Positions 12,560 to 24,361 of a DNA stretch of 64,000 bases are shown one piece after another; position 1 is the first letter of the stretch; each line of letters opens with the position of its first letter. Both the position numbers and the translations under genes were made by a program. The DNA comes from Pelomyxa schiedti (taxonomy: Eukaryota > Protista > Evosea): contig JAHLWZ010000838.1 of NCBI GenBank assembly GCA_020536535.1, positions 1 through 64,000 of the forward strand. Reading direction: 5' to 3'. The notes below the pieces were generated by a model. It saw nothing but the letters and a program-made list of their open reading frames with translations. It was not told where the DNA came from and made no database searches.

Positions 12560-12930
12560 TTTTCGTTATAAAAAAAAAGCACCGCACGCACCGCCTCTTC
12601 TTTGACTTTCTTATTGTTTTTTCTTTTTTTTTCCTCTTTTCCTTTGTTGCTTGCTTCCAAATTTCAGGGACTTTCCTGCTTCCAGATCCGCAACTGAGAT
12701 GAAAAGCACTGATTCTGGCCCTGGAATGGCTCCGAATGAGGAACCACACGCTCCTCTCATAACAAAATTGAAGGCTTGGGACTTGTTCTGACGGGGGTTC
12801 CTCATCTCTCACCCCTTGCGCGGCGGGCAACTGGCCAGCAGATATCCAGGAAGTTGTCTGATCTTTGTGCACGTAGGTGCACCATTCGTTGCACACAAAC
12901 TTCCATTCCTTCCGATCCAATCAACGCGAA

Positions 12931-14075
12931 ATGGCCGCCACGTCCGTACACACCGAGTCCAGTACAGATCTGCCTGAGACCACCTTGGCGTATTTGGCTG
13001 ACACATTTGTTTCGTCGGGTGAGGCTACAGTTTTGGCAGTAATCCCCGGCGAAGGCCTCGAGGCAACTGTAATTCTCGACAAGACGTGGTTTTACCCTGG
13101 TGGCGGTACATATTTTCCCCCTTTTTCTATGTCGTTTTGAAATCCTAATAAGACTTGTTGTAGGTGGCCAGCCATGCGATGTTGGGAAAATTGTGAGGGC
13201 TACTGACCCCACACACTGCTTCACAGTAAGTAAGGTTACAGGGGGCAAAAACGCGCACCACATTGGCACATTCAGCAGCACCCCGGCGCGTTTTGCTCCC
13301 GGCGATCGCGTAACAATGCAAATTGACTCTGATAAAAGGCTATTGCACGCCAAATTACACACTGGAGGCACTTCCCTCTATCGAGTTTCTATCTGGTTCT
13401 CATTGTGCGAATTAGGGCATTTGCTGGATACATGCATGAATGCTATTGGATACGATTTCCCTCCCACAAAGGGGTATTCTCTTAATGCACTTATTCGTCT
13501 TTTCTTTACCACAGCTAATTTTTCAGTAACCACTATCCCTCGGGAGCTTACGTTGGTTATGCCGGCAATGTACCGACCGAACTTCGACAAGGTTCTCCGC
13601 TCAACTCTGCATGCCTTGATGCAACCACTAAATATGTTCATTTAGAAACTATTCAAAAACTGAATGAAGAAGTGAAAAAGCAGATTACTGAGGCCGCACC
13701 AGTGTGCTACACTCGAATATCCATACGGTTCTCGCTTACCACCGGGTATAGGTTGTTGTGGAATATCTTTCTGCTGAGGAAGTTATAGCAAGAATGGGCA
13801 CCTTCCCAGAGTACCTTTCCAGAGAGAAACCTAGCAGGTATTCTCCAGGTTGCGGTTGCTCGGGCTTACTGGCTACCAACAGGTTTGTCACTCTGCCACA
13901 CCAACGTGTGGGGTACCCATGTGCTGGTACTCATCTCCAAAATCTTGGTCAATTGAACTCCCTCACAGTAACAAAAATCACAAGAAAGTCTGGTGAAACT
14001 CATGTCTCGTATGTATCAAAAACAAAAACCAATCTCAGCTCTGCTCACCTCCACACCAGATACAAAGTGACCTAA
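12931..14075 (+). CDS. Free-standing alanyl-tRNA editing protein (AlaX/AlaXp), multi-exon
   Basis: LDKTWFYPGG|GGQPCDVG, Zn-binding HxxxH (LHTGG|HLLD) and CxxxH (PCAGTH). Confidence 0.9.
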
Positions 14076-14205
14076 ACCATCCTTTGTTATGTACAATCTT
14101 AGCTTGCCATGACCATGAAAAACCAAAAAAAAATACCCGAAACACTTTTCGTGTCCCTTGAAACTTTCTTTGTTTCCAAGGAGTTTCGTTTTCTCATCGA
14201 CGCAC

Positions 14206-16655
14206 ATGCACCCCGACACAACCACAACACCGACGTCCCTGCAACTTTCGCCCAACGCCTCGCTCCTCGGCGTAACCCTCGCCGCGAACAACTTCTCCCC
14301 GGCGGTACTATCTCAGTCCCAGCCCCAGCCGTCGTTGGGCCTGGGGATGGTTGGTGGTGGTGGTGGCATCCCACAATTGCAACTTCCGCCGCCGCCGGCG
14401 TCGCCTCCCATAAGCGCGTGGGGCAGTGGGGACTTTGGGTCGGCGAGGGGTGGGAGGCCTGGAGACCACAAGGCGAGACTGGCAGCCCTGTTTAAGGAAA
14501 TTGAGAGGGAATTTGATGCCCTCTACGAGGAGAATCAAATATGTGTGTTGGTGCATGGCCTACTGGTTTTTTGTGCTTTTACTTTTTTTTCCCCCTGGTT
14601 TATGCCAAATTGGGTTGAATGCTGCGTCCAACTCCCCCATTTTGTGCTTATCACATTCTGGTTTGTGAATTAGTGAGACATAGGCTTGGTCTTTCAGATA
14701 ATGCACCTCTTCCATCATATTCACAAACTATTGCACATAGAAACAGTATGTATCTCGTTTATTTGTAGAGAATTTTGGATTTCTCTTATTGCCTCTTTTA
14801 GCTCTTGATAATTTGAAAAAGAAAATTAATTTGAAGTCCCGCCTACCTACACAAAAGGTATAGCTTCTTTTTGAAATAACCTTCATTATCGCTGTCTTTT
14901 CCCCGCAGGTATCATGCACCTGGAGTGTTCTCCACAGATACCCTTCACACAGGGATGGAATTTGGGAAATTAGTAGTTGTCCATGGGACCCTGTTGTCTT
15001 TGCCACGGCATCTGTTGGTGAGTTTTGATGGTCTTAATTTTTACCAACAAAAAATCCAAAGACAGAACTGTGAGAATTCGTAATGCAGAAACGGGGCAAA
15101 GCATGGTATATTATGGACACAAAGGCTCAGGTCACATATCATATTTTTTCCCCCGATCCTCCCATACTTACTTTCTTATAGTTAACTCTATCCGTTTCAG
15201 ACCAGGGGAACGACTTGCCTGTACTGGTACACTCCTTTTTTTGGTGTCTTTCTGCTCAAGATCTTCAAAGCCTCTGGGGACTGCCAATGCCACATTATTC
15301 GTGTTCCTTTATCGTTTGAAGTGAAACCCCACGTTCGGTCATCTTTTTCAGTTGTTTCACCACCCACACCACAGCGCCGGCAGAGGACTGCAACTCTACC
15401 ACTAGTATGTGAGATATTCGCTAAGCAGCTATAACAATAACGCAGGGTAAAAACTATGATGATGGTTTCCCTCATCCAGAAGCCAGCCTAACTCCATCAC
15501 TTACCACCTCCCCTCTGCAACAGCCAACGGAGTTGGATGATGCAGAGCAGCTTCCTCCCCTCCAGCAATCACCAGAAACAAGTGACATGGTTGCTAGATC
15601 ACCACAGCAAGAACTAAAAGGGCACACTGGTAATGAACCTTTTTTTCCCCAAAATTTACCACCCTCTAAAGGTCCAGTTATTGCCTGCGATTTTGTTGGT
15701 GATAATAAATTGATTTCAGCATCATGGGATAACACAATCCGGCTGTGGTCCATCACAGGCGAGTGTCTTCACACAACCTCAAATTTAGGTAGGCCTACAT
15801 TTCAGTCCAAATACTTTTCCCTCAAACCGAACCAAAGAGGGGCTTGATGAATACATACACATAACCAACATCACTACACTACCTGGTTCACAACTTGTAA
15901 TTGCCACATCTTCTGATGGATACTGCCGAATATTTGACATCCGTTTGCCATCGCCTTCAATTTCTCAGCACGCACCGTATGCCTCAGCGGTGGAATTTTT
16001 TCAGGCCCACTCTGAGTAAGTCCCCAAACTCGCAATCCATTTCATCCCACTCATATTTTCCCAAAGTACATGCACTTCCGGAGTTCTCACAACCGATGCA
16101 GTGACTCTAGTTACAAGTGGTTTTGATAAGTCATTCAAGGTATTTTAAGCAAAATCGAAAGTGAAATACTAATCAATTTCTTGCAATGTTCAGATATGGG
16201 ACTTGAGAAATACCAAATCCCCGCGAAACACCTTCAGGGGATCGACTGCTGTGAGCAGGTCATCATTGCTGCCAACATTCCCTAATTGTAAACTTATATC
16301 CTAAAAGGTTCACTGTTTCCCCAAACGGCCGGTTTATCGTTCCCCGTGACGAGAAGTCTGCCACCATTTTCGACATAAATTCTGTCAGCAGTGCCCGGTT
16401 GGCCAAAGCAAGCACAAACTTTGCTGCTTACTCTGGACTGGTAACTTAACCCAAAACTCTAGTTCTCTGTCTGTTCCTTTCAACTAACTCCATTTATAGG
16501 TCAACTCAGTTACCTGGGCATCTGACAGGGAAGAAAGCGTGGTGTACACTGTAAGTGGATTTGACACCACCGTGCTGGCATGGGGACCAGACGACCAGCA
16601 ACAGCAACAACAAATAGCCACTCCTCGTAAACTTCCCTCCAGTGGAAGTCTCTAA
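14206..16655 (+). CDS. WDR37: WDR37-like WD40 protein, multi-exon
   Basis: N-terminal LFKEIEREFDALYEEN coil. RDGIWEI...FATASV|DRT, GHKGS|VNSIRF, ISASWDNT, VTSGFDKSFK WD repeats. Stop TAA at 16653-16655. Confidence 0.8.
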
Positions 16656-17653
16656 GCAAAACGGGACCAAATCCAAACAAACATCTGTATTGATAGGAAT
16701 AGAGCCAAACGGAAAAAAAACACTTTTTCCCGTACACTCGGTGTTCTATGCAATTGAGCCTCCAACTCCATTGCACGATGTGAATTCTCTCCCCCTTGGT
16801 CTGGTACTCAGGAAATCTCACTGTGAAAACGGCACCACCAGGCATGGATTCTGTCACTCTGATCTCAGAGGGTAGTACAGGAATCAAGAAACCACCCACG
16901 TCGGCAATGACTTGAGCGCAATCGAGCATGTTGCTTACAGTCTGAAGGGGGACTATGTCTTCTGCGTCTCGCTTCCAGATCACTTAGATATATGATTCCA
17001 ACATCAACAACCAAAAACAACGGCACATAGTCAGGGAAACCATGTACCTTAGGCTTACTTGGTTCCATTTTCGATTCCCCAGCCAATAAACTTGACGGCA
17101 TGCCCTGGCTCAGCTGTGACAAGGTGGTTGTTGGAAGCACAATGCCTGATTGGGGCAGGATGCGGATCCTTCTCGCCTTCCCAGTAGATTCGTCAAGCTG
17201 CCAAATCTTGGGTGAGGGTAGCTCAGAAACAAAGGGAAGTGACATTGTGCCGGCGTGGATGACGAAGGAACGCTTTCCTACAGAATTCTTGAACACCAGG
17301 GCTGAGGTGAAGTTACTCACTTCGGGAAGGAAACACTTTGTGCTGCTTAGCATTCGTGATTTTGTAATGTGAATGTGGTTGTGGAAGCTGGGTTTTGCAC
17401 TCCAGCATCCATATAGATTATGCCCAGCTCATCAGTATCAGTCCGGTTGAAGAACATCAGAAAGACGCAGAGGAAATGGATTCACTGGGGAAGCAGCGGA
17501 AGCGCCGTGAGCGGTGCGTCCACGCCGGAAAGCCTGGCGACGAGTATCTTGCTGGGCATCATCATACAGAACCCACCACTTCCCGTTGGTCACAGAGCGC
17601 GACCTCGCATTCAAGAAATCCAGCGGGTCCTCCCTGGCCACGCAGCTCTCAGC

Positions 17654-17710
<57 letters not shown>

Positions 17711-18224
17711 CCCCCCCCCCCCCCCCCCCCCCCCCGCTGTCCGACCAGGCTCCTCCTGCTGTAGCACAGCTTCCCCCACTCAAACGAGCGGCTCCGCAGC
17801 ATGACCTCCCCGTTCCGCGCCATGGCACTCTTCATGGACTAGCAGCCGCACCACCACCCCCTCGCCGCCTCCACCACCCCGAGCGTCGCCGCGGACACCG
17901 ACACTGCCACCAGGGCGTCGCCGCGGATCCCCCCCAGACCCACCACCCAGTCGAATACCCTGGTGGCGCCCACGCACCACGGCCACAGCACACTCCACGC
18001 GGCGTCGAGATCCCCTGGGGCACAGGAGCCGCCCGGGCCGCGGCGCCCGCACCTGGGCCTGGGGTGGGCAAGCATGGCGACCGCGAGGAATTGGTCTGGG
18101 ACGGTGGGAACGTCGACGACCCCGTCGTGGCGGTGGTCGCCGGGCTTGGGCTTGGGGCCCGGGTCCACCGGCGCGGCTTCACGGTCTTCAGCTTGGACAT
18201 CAGAGTTTCCATCATCTCCTCCAT
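16510..18224 (-). pseudogene. Disrupted (or mis-assembled) member of the H-x-R-C-G family
   Basis: Family-like frame DQFLAVAMLAHPRPRCG...SAATLGVV...GWWCGC has no in-frame ATG near the likely start and an in-frame TAG at 17839-17841. The frame changes across a poly-G run before NGKWWVLYD. The 3' ORF overlaps the WDR37 end. Confidence 0.5.
17657..17735. repeat. Poly-C/poly-G tract (C53-G-C25)
   Basis: Counted directly. Confidence 0.95.
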
Positions 18225-18365
18225 TTGTGTTGGCTACTGCCTTGGTTTTCTCGGTATTGTGGAGCTGGAAGAAAGTTGTTTTGAAGGCATGGCCCCTGCA
18301 CGGTTTGGAGTCGGCGGTTGGTTTTCGAAGAAATGATCGTTTAGAGTCTCCAAAAATTGCGGGAA

Positions 18366-19761
18366 ATGTGGCGGTCCTGGCTTGGGGTTGGAAGAGAAGA
18401 TAAAGGTTCAACAGCGTTGAGGTGGGAGGAGTTGCCCTCGCACTGCGTGGGGGTTATTTTGGGACTGCTGGACCTGGACTCGCGTCGGTGTGCTTCTTGC
18501 TGTTGCCGAAGTTGGTATAATGCAGCGAGGGGGCTTTGTGTCGCTGAAGGCCTGTTGTAAGTTGTTATAATGTTGTAGTATTGAAAAATGAGAAAATGCA
18601 GTACGCATGGAATGGGGGAGAAAATAACGAATTCCCCAGTGGCTTCTAATATATCTGGGTCTTAGTGTGAGGCCTGGTATTGAATGGACAAATGTGGCGT
18701 GGAAACAGATATGTGACAAAACAGATAAGTGGAGAATCGCCCTACGGGAGTACGGGCAGCTCCTGGATGAAACATCACGGGCTCGGATTCTGAAACTAAT
18801 TGCTGGCAATGGGGGTATTCCAAATCCTCTCAGGCATAGAGTGTGGCCTCTTTTGGCGGATTCCACTCTTCCTCCTTACTCACCTACTTATTACACCGTA
18901 CGGACACTAGTTTTCTGCAATAACAACAACAACTCATACCTTTTGTAGAGCTTGAAATCACCTACCGATGAAGACATTACCTTCCTGGAACGACAAATTG
19001 ATGCGGATATTCCCCGTTGTATGCATTTTTTCCGTCAATCTCAAGGCAGATGTGGTCCATCTTTGCGAGAAGTTATGCTGAAAATTTGTTACCACGATCC
19101 AAAGGAATATAAGAATAAATCGATCGATTTAGCCTTGACTGGCACATAGTTCGGCGTCAGAGATGGATTCATCCATTTCGTAGCATTTTTACTCCATTAC
19201 ATGGACGAGGAAACTACTTTCTTCGTCACTTGTCAGCTCTTGGACAGTCCTAGATACTGCGTGAAAGACGTTTTCGAATTGCTGTTTCCCTGGCTCCAGT
19301 ACAATGACACTGTACTGCAAAAACTGGCACCAAATCTGGCCTCACATTTTCGGAAGCTGGATATTCCTCTCAATATTATTTTTCCCTCCTGGTTACCGCT
19401 TCTCTCTCTTACCTTATCCTCAGTTTCTATTTAACAGGATACTTACTGGCTTCACTCGAGTTCTGTCCCACTACTGTTGCGCTCGAATATGGGATTATTA
19501 CCTATGTATTGGGATTGATTTCTTCCACTGTGTACCGTACACCATACTACAACTTAATACAGGTTCCAACAGCCATGTATTCCCTTATGTTAACAATACA
19601 AAGAGGCAATTCTAAGAATGCGCTCTTTTGAGGAGATTGTCACCCACATCCACCAATTCCGCGTTCAAGGTGACGACGAAAACTTTGCCAGGGCTTGCAT
19701 GATTACCTACCGAAAGTTTCATCACCTGTTTCCTTGTGGAAATGTCCCTAACAAAACCTAG
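18366..19761 (+). CDS. F-box-like motif + TBC (RabGAP) domain protein, multi-exon
   Basis: N-terminal LPSHCVGVILGLLDLDSRRCASCCCRSW is F-box-like. TBC motifs GIPNPLRHRVWPLL, IDADIPR, HDPK|FGVRDGF, ARIWDYYL. The F-box join relies on an inferred intron at 18538-18601. Confidence 0.7.
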
Positions 19762-19803
19762 TATGGGAAAAACAAATTGTTGTTCATAAATGAAACTGTG
19801 AGC

Positions 19804-22037
19804 TTAGTGCTCATAACACCACTCGTGGTATGAGGTTTTTCCTGCTTTGTTGGTGGCTGATATGCATACCCAGGAGTCAGAGGTGCACGTGGAAAATGGG
19901 ATTGTAGCTTGCTGAAGAAGGTGGCTGCGGTTGTTTTGCTCCCCATAAGTTGGATTTGTTTTGGTGGCTGAAACAGAGTACTGGGCTCCAGATGAACAGG
20001 TTATCTTTGTAAACGTGGGTGATAAGATTTAAATTGGTAAAGTTTGAGTACATTGAAAACAACTCCAGCGGTAGCGATATTAAACCCTAAAACGTTGGAA
20101 CTCCCGTCAAAGAGACTGATAATAGGTCTATCCCAATCTTGCTATCAGTACGATATTAAGTTTTGAGGCTTCTGTAAGGAAAAAAAAGTGAACCTTCATT
20201 TCATCAGACAAACTCATGGCGAAGCCACCATCTGTGCAAAGATAGTCAGCATCCCAGGCAAATGAAATAATCGTTGTTGGACGTGCCCCAGCAACAGTGA
20301 GTCCCCAATCAATCCTCTGCTTTTCTGTGCGGTCAAGTAGCTCAGCCATACCATTGCCACCAACATCCACAGGAAGACAAGGGGCATCTTTGGAGTTACA
20401 ATTTCAGAAAGATGTTGAAAGATAAAATTTTACCTCGAAGGTACTCGAATGCTTCAAGATTCAACCAGAGTTCTGTCTTTACCCCCTCTTCTTGGTAAAG
20501 TTCGTCCACGGCATCCTCAAAAGCCCTGGAGGTGCATTTCAGATGAGATAATTTAGTACCAGGTGCCATGCTTAAAGAGTTGTTGATTTGAGCCACTGAA
20601 CCCCTCATCAAAGGTGAAATGAGGTCTTTCTATTCTTGCAAGATAATCCACAATCTCGGCCAAAACGGGATCTACATCTTCTACCTGTTTCACAGTCAGT
20701 AAGAAAATAACGAACAAGTCGCAACGGGTGTGTTCTTTTGGAAGTTCCAGAAATAAGCCCCCTTGGCACAGCCACGCCCTTCTTGAACAGCAATAACATC
20801 ACACCCAGACCTGCATTAACTAAGCTTTGGTTGAAGTGACCAAATAAACCTTGCCATGGCTTTAAAACCCTCCTTTTGAGCAGCAACGGAGGCATTTCCA
20901 ACTTGGTCTCTGTTGACATCTTTCATGATATTTGAGTCAAATTTTATTTATTTGCACGGCACAAACCAACATAAGGACTGATAACAAATTGTCTTCCGAA
21001 TGCCCGAATTTGGACTGATAGAACACTGTACACATCTACCAAATATTGATACCAATCCCCAAGCCAGGCCTACAAAACAAGATGGGGGGTAAAGAGGACA
21101 AGAACCTTACGGATAAACCTCATTAGTTTGGTAAACACCAGCATAGCTAGGATTGGTTCCATATCTAGTTTCATAGTTTTGCATCACTCGGGAATTGAAT
21201 TCGTAAAATGCCGGTAGCTAGAGAGTGCTCATTAGTAGTTCTTTAATCAAGTATGCTTACTTGATCAGAAACTCCGGGAATGCAGGGTTGGGGCATATAC
21301 ACTGTCATTCCTCTTTCTTGGGCGACCTCGAGAACGAGAGCATGTGGATCAATTCCGTTGAAAAGAGTGAATATAATATCAACCTTGGGATATTAGTAAA
21401 GATAAAGCCTGAGAAAAAAGACTACAGTTTGTCCTTTGGTGAAACTGCAATCCCAATCCTCGGAATATGTGTCGTGTGGAACAATCAAACGGTGGTAAAC
21501 TCTACTAGATTCGATGACAATGTCCATAGGACATTTTAATAGCACCTGCAACCTGTTACAGAATTGCCATCAAGGAGTCTGGAGTACAGAATCATCGTAA
21601 ATTTCATTGTTTGCGTAAGTAAACCAATTTCCTACAACTAAACCAGCCGTTTCTATCTCCAAAATAGCTTTACTTGTGCATTGTTCCAGTGCTGTGCACC
21701 ACACATAATCCTACATAGTTTTACTTACATGTCAAAACTAAATGTTGTACCGGGTCATTTTCTATTTCCAGTGCACCCCCAGGCCGAAGTCTGAAGTTGG
21801 CACCACGTTGCCATACAATGGAACCCCCTTGCTCCTACAACGCCATAACAAACATACCACAAGAAAAAAGAAGAATTAATCAAGCAAGCAAACCTGGAAC
21901 TGTGCCAAAGCAGCATCCCAGTCGTCGTGGGTCCATCTGTCAGCAAACCACGATGCATCCACGGGGTATTCCTGGCACACAACAGACACCAAAAGAGAGA
22001 TCCCAACAAAAAGGACCGATGATGAGAGCGAGTTCAT
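19804..22037 (-). CDS. Secreted DUF4434-like putative glycoside hydrolase, multi-exon
   Basis: Signal peptide MNSLSSSVLFVGISLLVSVVC. WTHDDWDAALAQFQ|EQGGSIVWQRG, AGVYQTNE, FVISPY, DVIAVQEGRG, LWLNLEAFE, IISFAWD resemble bacterial DUF4434 TIM-barrel proteins (recalled motifs). Confidence 0.6.
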
Positions 22038-22126
22038 ACTCGTTTATTTTTGATTTGTTATGTTTTTCTGTTGATCTTTGAAATCGGGAGGTTTTTGTGC
22101 CGGTTTTTCAATTATGTCAAATGCCA

Positions 22127-24251
22127 TTATGTCTTGGTATCAGCAGGGGGAGGGCAGCAGGCATTATTTGTGATTTTCTCAGCTCGCTCAACTGCTTCTC
22201 GCACGCGGGAGGTGAATAGATCTCTAAGAGCGCTGGATCTGAATGCATCTGTGTTTGTTGGTGGTGGTGATGTGGCTCCACAAAGACGGGCTTGTTTTTC
22301 CTGCTTCTTGAATGTGACATACAAATCTAGTTGCTGTAGGACTCTCTGTTTCGTGGGCAGGCAGTTTGGATCCGCGTCAAGTGGCGATTCTTGCTGTTGC
22401 GGCTCATCAGGCAGACTATTCAATATAGACTCAAGATCTACGATGAGCGGGGACTTGATACAAAACTGGTTCCATGTTTGTAACCACCAGCTTAACAGAG
22501 GTTCAACTGTTTGCCAGCCACCATCGCTCACGATTACGTTGCGGACGAATTCAAACAGCTTGTTTTCAAACTCTCTGGTCGGGATTGCATACTCGTCAAC
22601 TGTGCTCGAAGTTGGAGACTTTGTTTCTTGCAGTTTCTTTGGTTTGGTAAGGAAATCATTCCAGAGAAAGGTATATAACCTGAGAAACTGCCAGGTAGCG
22701 CTTGAGCAATGTAAATACCCCTGACGTGAGTCCTGGAATGCCGCCTCGAGAGAGAAGCTGCAATGAATTGTGAGGATACGTTGACAGGAGAACTTTACAT
22801 CATGCAGCGGTTTGTAAATTGAAGGCAAAACTTCTTTGTAGAGTTTAATCATTTCCGCACTTCCGATGAGTTCGATGAATTGTATCTATTTAAAAAATTA
22901 CTGGAACTCCATTCTTGCCTTAACTTACCTTATCAGCCAGTCTTGCCTCAAGAAGAAGGAATTTGTATAGCTGAAGCACTTTGTCATGTTCCAGAGAATC
23001 AATTTCGGTGGTGGCAAGGCTAGGTGGGATCCGCGAGTCACACAGCACCATCTTGAGGTGTGTTTTCATCTCTTCTTCTTTGGGTAATGGCCCATCACTT
23101 GGAGTATTTAGGTCATACGGAAATTGGCTTGCAACACTGTCATACAACAGAGAAAACCACTGGGACATTTTCTCTACAATAGGTATGCCAAAACTTTTGG
23201 AGATATCAATTCTGAGTGAAGCCACTTCGCTTTCAGTCCGTCGCACTTCGGTACTTCCTTCTATAAGTCTCTGCATCACGCTCCTTGTTCCCAATGGTCT
23301 AGATAAGAGCAATGAAACTACTCCTTTCACGATCAATGAAGGTGACGCCAGAGCAGTCGCACCAACAATTGCAGATTTAGGAAGCATCTTCATAGTATGA
23401 GAGAACTTGGCTACTTTGGCTGGCGTTGTCATTTCGCGAAGAGTTGCTTGGCGAATAAGAGAGCAAAAGGATGTCAGACTGTTCTCATACACTGGAGGGA
23501 GAGAAGATGCAGAGGGGCAATGTTGCCAAGTGGCGCGGAAGGTCTCAGGACTGATTGTGGTAAGATGCATTGATAAGCATATGACAGCATTCAGGAAATC
23601 GGTGCGCGATTCTTGGTGAACCTGCGAGTGAGAGGAACCTTGTGTGACGGCTGTATTCTGGCACCTTGTAGACTCCCCACCGAGATCCTGATACCTAGCC
23701 ATATCTCCATCGCGTTCTTTCTTCGTGCGCACAAATAAGTCAAGCAAAGCACTGCAAGTTGCATTTGTGGCCTGTTGATCTCGTTTGGTTGCCCGCTTTG
23801 CGTGAGCGTTGATGCGAGGTAGAGCAGTCAAAAATAAATCCAGGCTGGAGGATGCCTCGGAATGCTGCGGGCTGGCATGCAGAATGTGGGATGGTGATGA
23901 TGCACTATGCAAATGAGAACGGTGCGTTTCAGCATAGCTACCTGCAAACAAAGGCACTTTCGAAGAGAGGTGCTTGTGCAAGAATGACAACAACACGGTT
24001 TGGCTATCCACGAAGTGCACCAGTTCAGCAACCCTTTCCGGCTGGCACAAACACGATCTATCCCGCATGGCAACAGAACTGCCGCCACCGCCACCTACTG
24101 AGGAAGTCGTACTGCTTACCGCTGCCGATGCCGGCTGCGTCGCACAACACATCCCCAGCTCATGCGCGATTGCGTTCTCGACAAGCAATTTCTTCAAGTA
24201 TGTCTCTTGCTCGTAACTCAGACTCGCACCACCGCCACACGTATCGGCCAT
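22127..24251 (-). CDS. Lec1/YPR097W-like protein (PXB-like N-terminus + DUF3818-like domain)
   Basis: LSYEQETYLKKLLVENAIAHEL resembles the PX-associated N-terminus. LPPVY...SPSLIVKGVVSLLLSRPLGTRSVMQRL resembles DUF3818. One clear intron near 22.9 kb. Confidence 0.6.
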
Positions 24252-24361
24252 CTCCACACAGAACGCACACAACCACGACTGTTAACTACTTCATTATGCT
24301 CCACACACGGCGTCGTTACTCAGCACGCCACCTCAAACATGTTTTTCGAAACCCAAAAGGA

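Noticed and set aside
12666-12805. GGAAAGTCCC (minus strand, RNase MRP/P-like) and a 10-bp inverted repeat ATGAGGAACC/GGTTCCTCAT
   Set aside because: No P4 partner or room for the RNA. A single 10-bp inverted repeat is expected occasionally by chance.
17395-17835. Poly-Pro / poly-Gly ORFs
   Set aside because: Translations of the C homopolymer in all frames.
18557-18591. Possible TGA read-through via a 22-nt intron in the F-box-TBC gene
   Set aside because: The intron is too short, all other genes use TGA as stop, and a 64-nt GT-AG intron explains the join.
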